A DNA stretch of 64,000 nt, taken from positions 62,126,001 to 62,190,000 of the forward strand of contig NW_024704743.1 in assembly GCF_018977255.1 (NCBI RefSeq), written 5' to 3'. Made by a program: the position numbers and the translations under genes. Under the pieces are notes generated by a model that saw only the letters and a program-made list of their open reading frames with translations, did no database searches and was not told where the DNA came from. The stretch comes from Callorhinchus milii. Taxonomy: Eukaryota. Below are positions 13,795 through 26,948 of the stretch, in pieces. How positions within the stretch are numbered: position 1 is the stretch's first letter; every line of letters starts with the position of its first letter.

Positions 13795-14120
13795 CTAAAC
13801 TAGTACGAAATAAAGAACTAGAGAAGATCAGGAATTATATTGACCTATTAATTGAATGTGTTCCTGTGGCCATACAAAACAAGCATAGTTCCTATAATCA
13901 TTGGTGCAACTGGGACTGTTCATAAAACAATTCAGAAATGCCTTGACAAGATACCCTGTGCACAAAATGTTCACCTCCTGCAGAAAACCGTTGCTTCGGG
14001 AAGTTCAAATATACTGAGCAAAGTAACATCCATTGAAGTGTAATGTGGCTGTGTTATTGGTCTGTCTTACCCATCACTGAAAACCAATTAGAAACTACTT
14101 CTAATGGATGATTTAAATGG
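13795..14120 (+). mobile_element. R4/Dong-like non-LTR retrotransposon 3' fragment (restriction-like endonuclease C-terminus)
   Basis: KELEKIRNYIDLLIE / frameshift / LWPYKTSIVPIIIGATGTVHKTIQKCLDKIP..LLQKTVASGSSNILSKV* matches the K..KY.DL..E..LW....V.PIIIGALG...LQK..L.G...IL pattern. Confidence 0.8.
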
Positions 14121-15658
14121 TAATAACATAATAATCCTTGTATTTGATGTATTTCCTTTCATGTTGTGAGGATATCTCAAACTACTTCACAAGAATTTAC
14201 TGGCAAGTGCACTGTGTATTTTGTGGCAGCAAATTGGTACATATTTCTGTTGTGCCAATTTACAGGTTTGTGAAGTTTTAATTGGTCTCAGAGGTAGGGA
14301 GCAGCAAGACCGTGACATGGGATTGAACCCGCAATTTTTTGATTCAGAGGCCGGAGTACTACTAACTGAGTCAGGTTGACACCTGTTCTGAACGTAGTAA
14401 TAGAGGATGCCATGACCTTTTTACTGGGGCAGGAGTCAACCAACAACATGAACAGAAGGCCCCAAGTAGTGGGAGCGTGTGGTAGATGACTAAGCCACTG
14501 GAAGATCAAGCTTAAGCACTTGGAAGACATGGTCTGAGGTGGAAGAATCTGCATGACCTGAAGAAAAGCATCAAGTTAAAGAGTTAAAGAGGCAGAGAAC
14601 ACAAATGTAAAATACAACTAGGGGATCAAAAAGAGAATTTAGAAGGAACTACTTCATGCAGAGCATAGTGAGATTGTGGGACTTGCTGCCTGAATTGGTA
14701 GTTGAATCAGATACTAGAGATACTAGAGATAATTAATAATAATCCTTACACTTATAGATGCATTAAAAAGTAAGCTAGATACACACATGAGGAAGAGGGG
14801 AAGTGAAGAGTATGGGAGGGAATAAGGAGTGGATGGAGATTTTTGTGGAGTATAAACACTAGCACAGACTTGTTGGGTTGATTTGGCCTATTTCTGTGCT
14901 GTGCATTCTTCATAAATCTTTGTTTAATTGTACAGAAGGAGAAAAGAGCATATATGGATATTACAGAAAGTTAAGGTTCTAAATTATTTATGCTAAAAAA
15001 ACTCCCCTGACATACAATAGCTCATGCAAAGCTGAGCTACATGTGAGCCAATTCAGTTCTAAGGGATCCGCTTACTTCCCCTCCCAACTAATTGGTCATT
15101 TGACATCTGACAATCCGATATTTGTGATGGTGTGAGAAATAGCTGAACTATACATGTCCTTCAACTGTTGGAAAGCAGCTCTGCTCAATGCTGATTTAAA
15201 GTAACCTGCAATAATAGCAAGGTTCATAGTAACATTGGAATAGGAGGAGGCCATTCAGCCTATCAAGCTTGTCCCATCATTTTCAAAAACCCATGGCCAA
15301 TCTGCAAGTCAATTTGTTTTATATTGAATTTAAGGATTATTATGATTATATCCCTCTTGGACCATGCAACTCTTCTCCAGTGGATATATTTGCTATGTCA
15401 ACAATACTATAAGAGGCAAATGACTGGGAATAGTCTTTTCAGAATACTCTTTGGAAACATGGCGTCAAAGATAGCACCATCTGTCCTAAATTGACAGAAT
15501 TTAGTTGCATCTCTGAGTAGAATTCTATGGAAGCTTGAACTTTCATTTAACCATTGCAGAATGCCGCATTTCAAATTACTCTGGTTCTCCTGGAATGGGC
15601 TAAGGGTAATTTGTTCAATGTATTCATAAATCGTCTTCACTAACAATGTCTTACTGAC

Positions 15659-15746
15659 CTGCTCCTAACACCTTCCCCAATTAATTCTGCATAGCTCTTA
15701 TCAGGCTTCTCACAGTGTGACAACACGCAGGCCCCATGCAATATAC
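15659..15746 (-). CDS. Candidate internal exon (ILHGACVLSHCEKPDKSYAELIGEGVRS)
   Basis: ttgccAG acceptor, CAG|GTCAGT donor, open frame. Confidence 0.25.
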
Positions 15747-15919
15747 CTGGCAATTCATTCTCAATAGCAGACACTGTAAAGGTCATTTCACTGCAGATTC
15801 CCAAAATAAATTCATCTTTCACATAGCTACAGATGAGTTCTTCACAACTGTCCTTCGTGCTCTGAGATGCTATCCGCATCAAGGGCATTATATAAAGTTG
15901 TTGTTGCAATCTTTTTACA

Positions 15920-16090
15920 TTTGTGGCATTTTCAAATAGTGCCACGGGATCTTTAAAGTCCACCTAAACAGGCAAGTAGGGCCTCGGTTTAGCATCTCAT
16001 ATCAAAGGATGGCACCTCCCAACTATATAGCTTGCCCCAGCTTAGACTATACAAGTTTCAAGTTCTAACATGGGGCATAAACCCACAACC
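15920..16090 (-). mobile_element. Old Deu-domain SINE fragment
   Basis: AATAGTGCCACGGGATCTTT..GGCCTCGGTTTAGCATCTCAT is the reverse complement of the Deu core. Confidence 0.7.
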
Positions 16091-16656
16091 AACTTATTTA
16101 TATCTTCTATTCGCACAAACAAAATGACTATTTTTATTGTTCTCCGCAGCCTTGATCTATCTGTTCCACCATTTCATTTCAACTCATTGATATAGAGTTC
16201 ACCATGGTTTAATATAACTTTGCCTTTTAACTTCCTTTCTGGAGACAGTCTTCCCTTCATACAAACCATTGTCTGACTATTCGCCACATAGACCTTACAC
16301 TATTCAACACAAAAGCAGCCTTAACTGCCTGGATTCATTATCCTCCCGAGAGCCTTCCATTTTCACCTCTCATTTATTTCACTTAAACCAAAGGAGAAAA
16401 GTCTTCCGTCAATTTGCACAATGGTGGATTCTTCTTAATATGGAGGTCATTTGCAATATTTCTTGATAGATTGCTAAAATAAGAAATATGCAATATTTGA
16501 GTATCTAAAACATCAAACAATAAAGCATTTTTCAGCATAGTCACTGTTTTAGAAATTCAACAATTTCTTATAAACAAATCTATTAAGAAATGAGTCTCCC
16601 ACACTCATATCTTATCACACACATTGAGCCTCCCCTTATCGAACTATTCACCAACT

Positions 16657-16976
16657 ATAATAATAATAATAATCCTTGCATTTGATATAGCGCTTTTCAC
16701 GTCAGGAGGATGTCCCAAAGCGCTTCACAGAACACACTGTAAAGTGAATTGACTGTATATTTGTGGGCGAATGCGGCAGCCAATTGCGCATAGCAATGTC
16801 CCACAAACAGTCGTTGATTGAAAATGACCAATTTATTATTGTTTTTGGTTTTGGAGGGATTATTATTAGGTGTGTGGAGTAAGGAAACTTGCCCAAGGTT
16901 TCGCCCTGCCTGGAATTGAACTCAGGTCTCTCACTTGCAAAGCGAGTGCTCTAACCACTGAGCTACAGGACTCCAC
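16657..16976 (-). mobile_element. Young tRNA-Ala-derived SINE, full length
   Basis: A/B boxes and (TTA)n tail; near-identical to 2307-2626. Confidence 0.93.
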
Positions 16977-17351
16977 AGCTCTGACAACGGGTCAGGCACA
17001 ATTGTACAAGGAGCACATATATCAAAACATTGATTTATTATCAGCGTTTAGCAGGCAAAGCTATTAATCATCATTTCGGACCATGACAAGCAGGAATTCC
17101 ACATTTCTGCTCAACTTCTGGGCAACTCAATTTACTTGTCAGGATTCTATACTGCATTCCTTCACACTTTCACTACCACATGTCTTCAACATGTGCTCTG
17201 GTTTAACCTTTCCAATGCTGTTCTTAAGTAGTAAGATATTAACAGTCAGATATTCAATGAGGTGTACAGTGCGTTCAAAAATGTACCTGCACACACTGAT
17301 TGCATTTAAGGGCATCCTAATATATTTAATATCAGCATTGTGCAAACCCTT

Positions 17352-17810
17352 GTGGAGTCCTGTAGCTCAGTGGTTAGAGCAGGGGGTGAAGGAGGGTGAC
17401 CGAAGGCCCGGTTGAAGAGGACGGTCTTGAGATGGATCTTAAAGGAGGCAAGGGAAGGGGCGAGGCAGATGGACTGTGGGATAGAGTTACAGAGGGTGGG
17501 GACAGAGTGGCTGAAGGCCCGCCCACCAATGGTGGGGCGGGAGAGGTGGGGAACGTGAAGCAGGCCGGAGCCAACTGAATGGAGGGAGCGGGCAGGTTGG
17601 TAGGTTAGGAGGTTATGAAAGTGCGGACCAGGATCTTGAACTGTATCCTTTGTGTGATGGGAAGCCAGTGGAGTTGGGCGAGGATGGGGGTGATAGGGTC
17701 ACAGAGCCTGGTGTGGGAGAGGACACGGGATGCAGAGTTCTAAATGATCTACAGCTTATGGAGGGAGGAGTTGGGGAGGCCAACAAGCTGGGAGTTTGCA
17801 TAGTCAAGCA
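17352..17810. mobile_element. SINE head (30 nt, +) fused to an L2 3' fragment (-)
   Basis: GTGGAGTCCTGTAGCTCAGTGGTTAGAGCA runs directly into antisense L2 (ITPILAQLHWLP-type sequence). Confidence 0.8.
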
Positions 17811-18139
17811 GAAAAACAAATAGGATACAAAGAAGTTCAAGAAACAAACGGCAATTATAAGAACAATCGTGTAAAGCACCTACCTCCCTGACAGAACACA
17901 TCTTACTAAGTTGATGTTGATTTTATTATATTGTTCTACCTGTCATTTTTTAATTGTGCCTAAAATAAAAGGTCATTGTTCAAACGTAAACAAAAGGAAC
18001 ACAGTAGACATCAAAATCTGAACTCTCATGTCAAATAGTTTTTTTTGTGTCCAAACAAAGGTTCCTAGAACAGGTGGGCAATAAGACCCTTTAGCAACTG
18101 TCTTCCTGGCCACCGTATCTGATCTATTACTGACAACAC

Positions 18140-18727
18140 TTGTGTTAACTATTACCTCGTCCATGGCTTTGTCACCTTCGTCACCGACTATTCCAATGCT
18201 CTCCCAACCGGTCTCCCCAGCTACACTACCCACAAACCATAACTGATTCAGAACTCCACCGCCCGTATCCTCACCTAAACTCGGTAACCCCATCACACCA
18301 GTTCTCGGCAGGCTCCACTCGTTCCCTATCACAGAACAGATCAATTTAAATATCCTCTCACTCCACTACAAATGCCTTAACACCCTGGCATCTCCCTACC
18401 TTTCCTGCTTTCTTCCCACTCCGCTACCTGCTGCCTCGGGTGGCTCTGCCCTCTTACTCGTCCCTCCTACCCTCCACTCCACCATCAGGGCGGTGCTTTC
18501 TACCATTAAGGCTTGAAGTTTTGGAGCTCTTTTTTTGTTTTGCTTTGTTTTGCCCCCACTTTTCCCTCTTTTAGATTATGACTGAAGACCTTCCTTTTCG
18601 AATGTGTTTCCTGCTCCACCTTCACCTCCTCCCTTCCCCCGGCTCAGCATTAAGCTCCGCCACTGGTAAGCACTGCGAGTCACTGCTCTATGTGAAGAGC
18701 GCTATATAAATACAAGTTATTGTTATT
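18140..18727 (+). mobile_element. L2 LINE 3' fragment
   Basis: QNSTARIL, PITPVLGRLH motifs; tail ATAAATACAAGTTATTGTT. Confidence 0.85.
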
Positions 18728-20077
18728 AATGTGGAGGCTGTTCTTTTTAAGAACTGTAGAAAACTGCTTTTCACATTAAAACTAGATTTAAGAATTTTTC
18801 CACAATTTTACACCATTTTAAATTTTGATATGGAATAATGTTAAATATTTCTTGGATTTGATATAGCTTCTTTCACATCGTGAGGATGTCCCAAAGTGCT
18901 TTATAGGATTTATTGTAAAGTATATTGACTCGTTTTATAGGTGAACGTGAATATTCCTTGAGGTGACGACATGATGAAGCTTTAGGTTTGTTACCTCTAT
19001 ATCTGGGCTGCAGTTAAATTTTCCCCTTCAATTCCTCAATTTCACTTTCTCAGCCATGAAAGGGTTCCTGTGCCTCTTTAATGACTCTTAATAAGGCTGA
19101 TTGTCCGTTTTCAGTAAAGATGTGAATTCTCGTTTCAGGGACAAACGAATGCTGAAAGTGGAGTCAAACACTAACAGTTCAACCATCAGGGCAATCTCCC
19201 ATTGTTCTCTCCATCCTGACTCACAATACACATTATTGCTAGGATTAGTGAAGATAGAAATGTCAGGCCAGTAATTCTCAATTTATTTTGGCAGGTGAAT
19301 ATTTGGAGGATGAATTGCAGTCAAGAAAATTAGGCAGATGGTTCAAAGAAGCTTTTGTGCTGGAGATTTTCACTGACTGGGAATTACACTGAGATAATCT
19401 AAACTGATTTCACTTAGAACCTTACAGCTCTCAGAAAGAAAGGAAATGTTCACCTCTTCGGTCTCCAATGGGTTCCAACGCAGGTTCCAGAGATAAATAA
19501 AAACTGTTGCATCAAATATGCTACCCTCACTCCTGCCATTAAACTTCCGTTACTTTCATTGTACATTGCTGGAATGCTGCCAGTTGAAATTCCAAACTTC
19601 CCGACATGAAAGGCGCTTTACAAACTTAATATTGTGCTATAATTTTGTAAAAGGACACATATTTTACATTTTCACTATTAAATGTGGAAAAAAGTGCAAC
19701 TGTGCACATACACAACTTTGAGGCACTAATGGGTATAATTTGCAATGTTAGTTAAATTCTGTGCTAATTTAAGAATATCTAAGGAATTTTACTCTTATTC
19801 GTCTGAAAACACAATGTATTTCAAAGCCCCCCCACCCCGCACTTTCTTTGGGACCTTGGAGAAAAAATAGAGTGAAGTCAAGCTAGCTCAGATTCGCTCA
19901 GTTCAATAAAGGGTGATGCAATGTCATTACATCTGAAGTACTATTCTGTGAACTGCACAGATATTAATGTAATCCTAGACTGTTCATCAATGCTTTTGGT
20001 TTCCAATCAGCCTTGCCCGAATATCCTACAGACACATTAACATCAACTTTTGCATCTTAAGATTACTAAACATTCTG

Positions 20078-20470
20078 TCAGCCCTGCCAAGTTGGTAACA
20101 TTCTTGCCTCTGTATCACGATATTGTGGGATCGAGCCCCACATCGAAACTTGAATTCACATAGTGTAAGATGAAACTCCAAAGCAGTGCTGGGAGGTTGT
20201 TGCATTGTTGGACGTGTCGTACTTCGGATGAGACATTAAACCGAGATCCCATCTACCTGTTCAGGTGGTGGTTAAGTTCCTCCTGGTGTCCTGGCTAACA
20301 ATCCCCCAAATAAAGTTGGTCATTCATTTCATGAGTGTTTGGGGGAAATTGCTATGTGCACCTCACTGCCATGTTCGCCCTTGAAGACAATTGCTCCATT
20401 TTACAGTAAATCCTTTGACATGTTCTCCTGATGCAAAAGGTGCAATACCAAATGCAATGATGATAATAAT
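20078..20470 (+). mobile_element. Old Deu-domain SINE, near full length
   Basis: Degenerate tRNA head, CTTCGGATGAGACATTAAACCGAG Deu core, L2-type tail. Confidence 0.8.
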
Positions 20471-21142
20471 AACATATGTTGTTGAATATTTATCTTTTTG
20501 GTGCACTTTTATGATAATGCCTTTTAGCACTTTAAATACTTTGAAGTTGTTTCTCTGTGGATTTCATTTTACATTTATAAATAACCATCTTATTTTAACA
20601 TTACCTTCCTTCCTCCCTCCCTCCCTCCCAAACTATATTAAACTCAAGCTCTGACACTACTTCACATGTGAAGTGATACAATTCTATGGTTTTCCTAATG
20701 ATGAGAAAGCTATGTTGTGAGGTCCATCAAGCACTGTGCGTACTATCTATATCCCAATTTTTGTTCTCGTTTTACAACACAAAATGTTTTTCTTTTATGC
20801 ATTTTATATTACTTTCAAAGAAATATATTTACAGCAATTATGACTATTGGTGCCGCTGAATATAAATGCTTCACATTTAGTCGCAGACTACTCCAACCTC
20901 ACGATAGCCATTCGAATTGTACTTACAGTACTCGCTGGGGAATGGGAACCAGTGGAGCTGAGTGAGGATTGGAATGATGTCTTTTGTGCGGGAGTGACCC
21001 TGCAGAGCCCTATATGGTAACCCAGGTGCAGATGAAGCATTAGTATTTATAATGAACTTGAATTAGTATTTTTAATGCAGTAAAGCATCTCCAGGATTCC
21101 TAACGCTGATTTTTGACAGATATGATAAACATATTGGATATT

Positions 21143-21468
21143 CCACTGGCAGGAGATTTGATAACCCGAGTGCACTGATTTAAAATAGTTGTTAAAAGAA
21201 ATAGAGGGGAGGTGAAGAGAAAGTTTTTCACACAGCGAGTTGTTCGGTCTGGAATGCATGGCCTGAAAGGATGGTGGAAACCGATTCAATAACAACTTTT
21301 AAGAGAGAAGTTGATAATTATTTGGGAAGGAAAAGTTTGCAGGGCTATGGGGAGAGAGCAGGGGAGTGGGGTTGATTTAGGTAGCTCTTTTTAAAGAGCC
21401 AGTACAGACACGATGGGCCGAATGGCCTCCTTCTGTGCTTTGTAATTCTATGATTCTATGATTCTATG
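21143..21468 (+). mobile_element. CR1 LINE 3' fragment
   Basis: FFTQRVVRSGM..; GGGCCGAATGGCCTCCTTCTGTG and (ATTCTATG)3 tail; same family as 1177-1990. Confidence 0.92.
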
Positions 21469-22049
21469 CACCACTATTTAACATGATTTTTGTTTTGTTT
21501 GTATAATCTGCCCAGGACTTGATTCATTTCCCTTCTTTGGCTGAACTCTAATTTTTCTTTCTGCGTATGGAAAAGCATCAGCAGATAATCTGTCACCTGT
21601 TGGAGTGAATATGACTTACACTCTTGCAACAGATTGCAATCATGCTAGACGGATTTAAGCATTTTTATCACATTTCACAGTGAACCAAAAACGGTCCCGA
21701 CCTGTTCACATTTTAACCTGAAACAGATGCTGCAGTACTATTAGCAAAAAAGAATATTGTGCGGAAAAAGAAAATGCTATGAGTTAGCAATGTCCTGAGG
21801 CATTCTTTGTTAATAATGTATTATGACTCAAAATGAATCAGTGCTTAATGTTGTGCATTCTTTGCACCTCTCTCAGTCTTTAAGCCACAGTTAATAGCTT
21901 GAACAATCATATTCTCTTTGAATATCAAACGGAATTAAGTGTGTATAGGAATATCTAAGTGCAAAATGACGTTTAAGCCACTTTCATTGGAAAATATGGC
22001 TTCAGGCAGCAACATCAAAAAGTGGCAATCTACAAAGTAGATTTCATAC

Positions 22050-22193
22050 TGCAAAATTCCATCTGGTAAATCTTTCTCCAAATTCTTCAATTCCACAAAA
22101 TCGTATTTAAAACTACTCTCAAGTGATGCCACAAGCTCATTGATAATCAGGTTCACCCGCACATTGCTGATAGCATTGAGAACATGTTTGCAC
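22050..22193 (-). CDS. Candidate internal exon (CKHVLNAISNVRVNLIINELVASLESSFKYDFVELKNLEKDLPDGIL)
   Basis: ttttactgattatcttttcaaaAG acceptor with branch-like CTGAT, 47 open codons, GTATGA donor, phase 2-2. Confidence 0.45.
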
Positions 22194-22654
22194 CTTTTGA
22201 AAAGATAATCAGTAAAAGCTCAAAAATGCACAAACAAGATACTGTTTTTTCCTTTATTTTGCTAAGAAAGATTTTTGTGGCAATGTTTCACCATTTCATA
22301 TGTACAGATAAGTGTATGTCAAAGAATATTTTATTAGATAATTGTTATGCAGCAATAAAGTTGCAATAATTGTCCTTGGCTGCAATGAGTAAAAAAAAGG
22401 AAGTGGTTTGTTACATCTGTTAGCACTTGGTTATAGTGCTAGTAATGCGACTTTGATTTAAAAGCTGCTTCCAAAAGGTTTTGTACAATCAAGAACCCTA
22501 ACAACCTAATGGGGAACTGGTGTATTTTATTGAACAAAGATGTGTTAAAAAACAGATTGTATCCAAGAAGCAGCTTGAATAATGATTTTAATAACATTAA
22601 GAACATGGTAATTTTAGGACTTTCTTAAATACAAGAGCATTAACTGAAATATAA

Positions 22655-23020
22655 ATAATAAATATTCCTCGCTTTTGATATAGTATTCTATCATCTTGCT
22701 AAATCATCTCACAGGATTTACTGTGAAGTGTAGTGACTGTATTCGTAGGCAAACACAGCCGCACACCAATGTCCCACAAACAGACATATCGTAAATGACC
22801 AATTTTATCTAGGGTAATTGTTGGTCAGTACGGGATTAACTCCCTTCTAATAGTGCCGTGGGATATTTAAACAGGTAGACGGGGACCTCAGTTTAATATC
22901 TAATCTGAACATTGGAGTCTGGACAATGTAGCGCACCCCCAGCACATCACTGGAGTGTCAGCTTGGTTTATGAGTTCAATGTCCCAACATGGGGGTTGAA
23001 CCCACAACCCTAGTTCAATG
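22655..23020 (-). mobile_element. Old Deu-domain SINE, near full length
   Basis: Reverse complement of the family at 20078 and 57490. Confidence 0.75.
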
Positions 23021-24679
23021 AGTCAGTGAGTAGAAGGCATCAATTTAAGATAGTGAGTCAATAAGCAAATGGATTAGGAGACATTTTTTTCACACACGCA
23101 GCAGTTAGGATATGGAATACCCTACCTGCAGTGGTTGAGACAGAATCCACGTTAGCCTTCAAGAGAGAACTAGCTAAAAGCCTAAAAAGGAGTTAACTAT
23201 ATTGGCATGGGGAAACATGGTCTAGATCTTTAATATGCTGAGGCATAAATGATGCAGATTTAAGCAAGTCACTTGACTTGGATATGAACACCAAACTAGA
23301 GGACACAGGTTCACACTTAACAATTCTCAATAGGACAAGAAAGGGGAAGAAATGTAATTGCTATCCAACAGTGAATACATGGAGTAAATGATGCAGTGAA
23401 TGCTCTTGAGATTTAAAGGAAATTGAATGATGGAAACCTGAAGTGAAACGGGAACATGCAGGAAATGCAAAGTAGGCTGATCAGTGTCTCAATGAGAAAA
23501 CCACAATAATACTTTAGGTTTGACCCTTACAAATCTGGTGAAGCATCAGATTCAGTTTATTAACCTATTCCCATCCACGTACGTCTAGAGTGGGGAGACT
23601 GACAATTAGATAACTGGGACAATTAGGATTACTATAGGATTGTATACAGTTGAAAGACAGTTCAAAATAGCAAATAATAATTATAGTGACTTGCAGGAAG
23701 AAACATGAGGAATTAATTGGGGAGGGGAAGAATGTTTGCCTGACAATGGTTTATATAGACTGTTAGAGGGGGGAAGCAAGCCAGTTGTCCCAAGGAGTCC
23801 ATGATGGTGTTTATACTCCACATGAACCTCAAGGTCTCCTAACCCCCTCTCCCATACCCTCTGTTCCCTTCTCCCTTGTGTATATTTAATCCTTAGATTG
23901 ACAGCACTCCAGAGAATTGGTTATCTCTCTTGGACCGTTGGTTTTATATACATTTTCAGCTCACCCACATAGGTGCTAAGGTAAACGCTAGTAAGGATTT
24001 AGATCTACTCAAATAAGATGTAGATTTATTATTGTAGCATAAACAAGAAATGTTTCATAAAAACAATGTTCTGTAATGATATTGAGGAATTTTGCCTGAC
24101 AGTTAATTAATGAGACTGTTTTAATGCTTGCAGAATTGTTTGTTATTATGGCTTGTTGTTTCATGTCTGTGAGGAATAAAATCTGGGATGGAATTTATTG
24201 TTCACAAGCTGGTATAGTTGCTGGAATATTCAACCATCCTGTTTACCTATTTTCAGAGATTTTAATAGCTAAGGCTTGGAGACCCCAGAGTGCACATTGG
24301 AGTAGTGCTAGAGTTTAACCAGCTAAAACCTTATAGCTTGCCATTGATAGCACTGTCTGGCCAGCTTCCCATTGTGTGTCCATGTTGGACAAACTTACCC
24401 ATTAGGGAGTTGGCTTACAGGGTTAACAGGAGCTGAGTAGGAAGAATCTCTGCTCCCAGTGACTGATCTGCTCCTCCAATTCCTGATGATGACCCAGGCT
24501 GGGTGGTCTGCATTCAGCAGTGATCTGGAATATAAAAACAATGAGGTGCTGCTCCAATTATATAGAATGGTGATCAGACATTATTTGAAGTTCTTTTATT
24601 CAGTTTTGGGCACCCAATCTTTGAAAGGATAAACTAGGCTTGGAGGGTGTCCAGCAATGGCTCACTAGATTACAATAGC

Positions 24680-25205
24680 TAACAAGAACAATTTGCATTT
24701 ATATAGCGGCCTTCATGTGAGATAGCATCTTGAAACGCTTTGCAGGGGCCACAGAATCAGGGACAGAGGGGATGTGACAGTTGGTATGATCAAAGAGAAA
24801 TGTATTCAGAAGCAATCTGAAGACAGGTAAGGTAGGGTAAGGCAGAAGTTTGAGGCAGAGAAGTCCAGAGTTTTGGGTGTAGTGGCTGAAAGGACAGACA
24901 CAGATGGTGAAGTGGAGGGGTGTAAAAGGCTGCGACCACCTGAGCTAGGGGGGCAGATACTAGAGTGGGGTATAAGCAGGTCGGAGAGGTAAAGAGGTGC
25001 TAGGGCATTAAGTAATTTGTAAGTAAGTGTGAAGATCTTAAAATTGACCCGTTCTGAAATAGGGGCAAGTGGAGCCTGGTAAGGACTGGGGTGATGGGGG
25101 TCCATGATTTGTACCAGTGAAAATGCAGAGTGGTGGAATTGGGGAGGCAAACAAGGTCAACATTGGAAAAATCAAGGTGATAGGTGATGAATGCGTGAAT
25201 AATGC
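24680..25205 (-). mobile_element. L2 LINE 3' fragment
   Basis: IHAFITYHLDFSN, PITPVLTRLH, RVNFKIFTLTYK. Confidence 0.85.
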
Positions 25206-25399
25206 ACAATTAATAATATATAATAATAAATAGTATAATAAGAGTCCTTGCATTTGATATAGTCCCTCATCAGATCAATGAGATGTCCCAATGCACTTCA
25301 CAGGATTTTACTGTGCAATGTAATATGTTTATTTGTAGATGAACAGGGTAGACAATTTGCACACATCAGTGCACTACAAACAACCATGAATGAATAGAT

Positions 25400-25490
25400 T
25401 AATACTTGGTCTGAAGAGGCTTAGCTATTATGAGAGACTGAGTACACTGGGGTTCTAGAGGACGTGAAAAGCGCTATATCAAATGCAAAG

Positions 25491-25523
<33 letters not shown>

Positions 25524-25850
25524 CTCAGAGCAGAGAAAGTTAAGGAGTAATTTGACTGAGGCATTTAAATAATGAAAGAAATTGACAGATTTAAACAGTG
25601 GACGACTCTTCCCTTTGGTAGAGGGATCATAGTATTAAAATAAGAACCAAGACGGTTAGAACTGAGTTAGAACCGAGGTCGGGAACCATTATTTTACAGA
25701 GCGTTGTGAAGATGTGGACTACTCTGCCCCAGAAAGCTTTAGAGGTGATCAATAAGAGATGTTTAAATGAGAGATAGACAGATACTTGGATAGTAGAGGT
25801 ATTAACAGGTAAAGCGAAAGGACAGAGCATTGGGGTTAAAAGATCTGTGA
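25400..25850 (+). mobile_element. Degenerate CR1 3' fragment carrying a nested SINE tail (25455-25520); continues at 26393-26435
   Basis: SYYERLSTLG..LEQRKLRSNLTEAFK-like coding remnant split by a SINE tail and (TTA)n. Confidence 0.7.
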
Positions 25851-25852
25851 AG

Positions 25853-26158
25853 ATAATAATAATAATAATCCTTGTATTTGATATAGCGCTTTTCACGTCT
25901 TCTAGACGTCCCAAAGCGCTTCACAGAATATACTGTAAAGTGAATTGACTGTATATTTGTGGGCAAACGCGGCAGCCAATTGCGCACAGCAATGTCCCAC
26001 AAACAGTCATGGATTGAAAATGACCAATTATTAGGGATTATTATTAGACGTGTGGAGTAAGGAAACTTGCCCAAGGTTTCACCCTGACCTGCCTGGAATT
26101 GAACTCAGGTCTCTCACTTGCAAAGCGAGTGCTCTAACCACTGAGCTACAGGACTCCA
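25853..26158 (-). mobile_element. Young tRNA-Ala-derived SINE, full length (TAGAA-loop subfamily)
   Basis: A/B boxes and (TTA)n tail. Confidence 0.92.
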
Positions 26159-26392
26159 TAGTGACGGGGGGGGGGGGGGGGGGGGGGTGGGTGGTATTTA
26201 GTGACTGGGGGGGTATTGAGTGACTGGGGGGGTATTTAGTGACGGGGGGGGGGATTGAGTGACAGGGAGGGGGGTTATTAAGTGATTGGGGAGGGGGATT
26301 GAGTGACGGGGGGGTATTTAGTGACGGGGGGGGGGGAAATTGAGTGACTGGGGGGGGTATTTATTGACTGGGGGGGGTAATTGAGTGACTGA
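26159..26392 (+). repeat. G-rich minisatellite, ~11 units of ~19-22 bp (ATT[T/G]AGTGAC[T]G6-10)
   Basis: Repeated AGTGAC core, each followed by a G run. Confidence 0.92.
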
Positions 26393-26948
26393 TGGAACAG
26401 GATCAATGGGCAGAAGTGACCTCCTGCTTCCCCAACAGCATCAAACTGTTTCTCAAATGAATCTTCTTTGTTAGATTCTTTGTGATCTTGCACACCACAT
26501 CCATGGACACAGTGAATTAATCATACAGTACGTCCTTCTTTAACAGAGAAATTGTTCATCTACAAATACACACATTACATTTAAAGCATTCTATTTATTT
26601 AGAAACCACATAAAATATCCCAAGTTTAACATGCCCTTGAGTACAATACAGTTTTGTATGACTTCTACAAACTGTCTCATTGGAATAACCCTAATGTGGT
26701 GCTGCAGCTTAAGTGCAGTCACTGTGTGACAGAAAATTTTTCATATCATCTCTTTGGCTATGGGTTTCACATTGAAAATCAAAGCATGCAAAAGTGAATG
26801 AAGCTACGCAATTGGGACAACAGAATATTAGAATGTGAATGACATCCTGAAATCAAACAGCAAACAGAAAGGAAGCTGGTGCTCCATGCCGTTCTGTCCA
26901 TTTAATTATCCTAGGGCTGTCGATATAAATGGTAAAGGCTGTGAAGCA

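Noticed and set aside
15407..15646. 79-aa minus-strand ORF as an exon
   Set aside because: Purine-rich acceptor context; the site fits better as the donor of the 15659-15746 candidate
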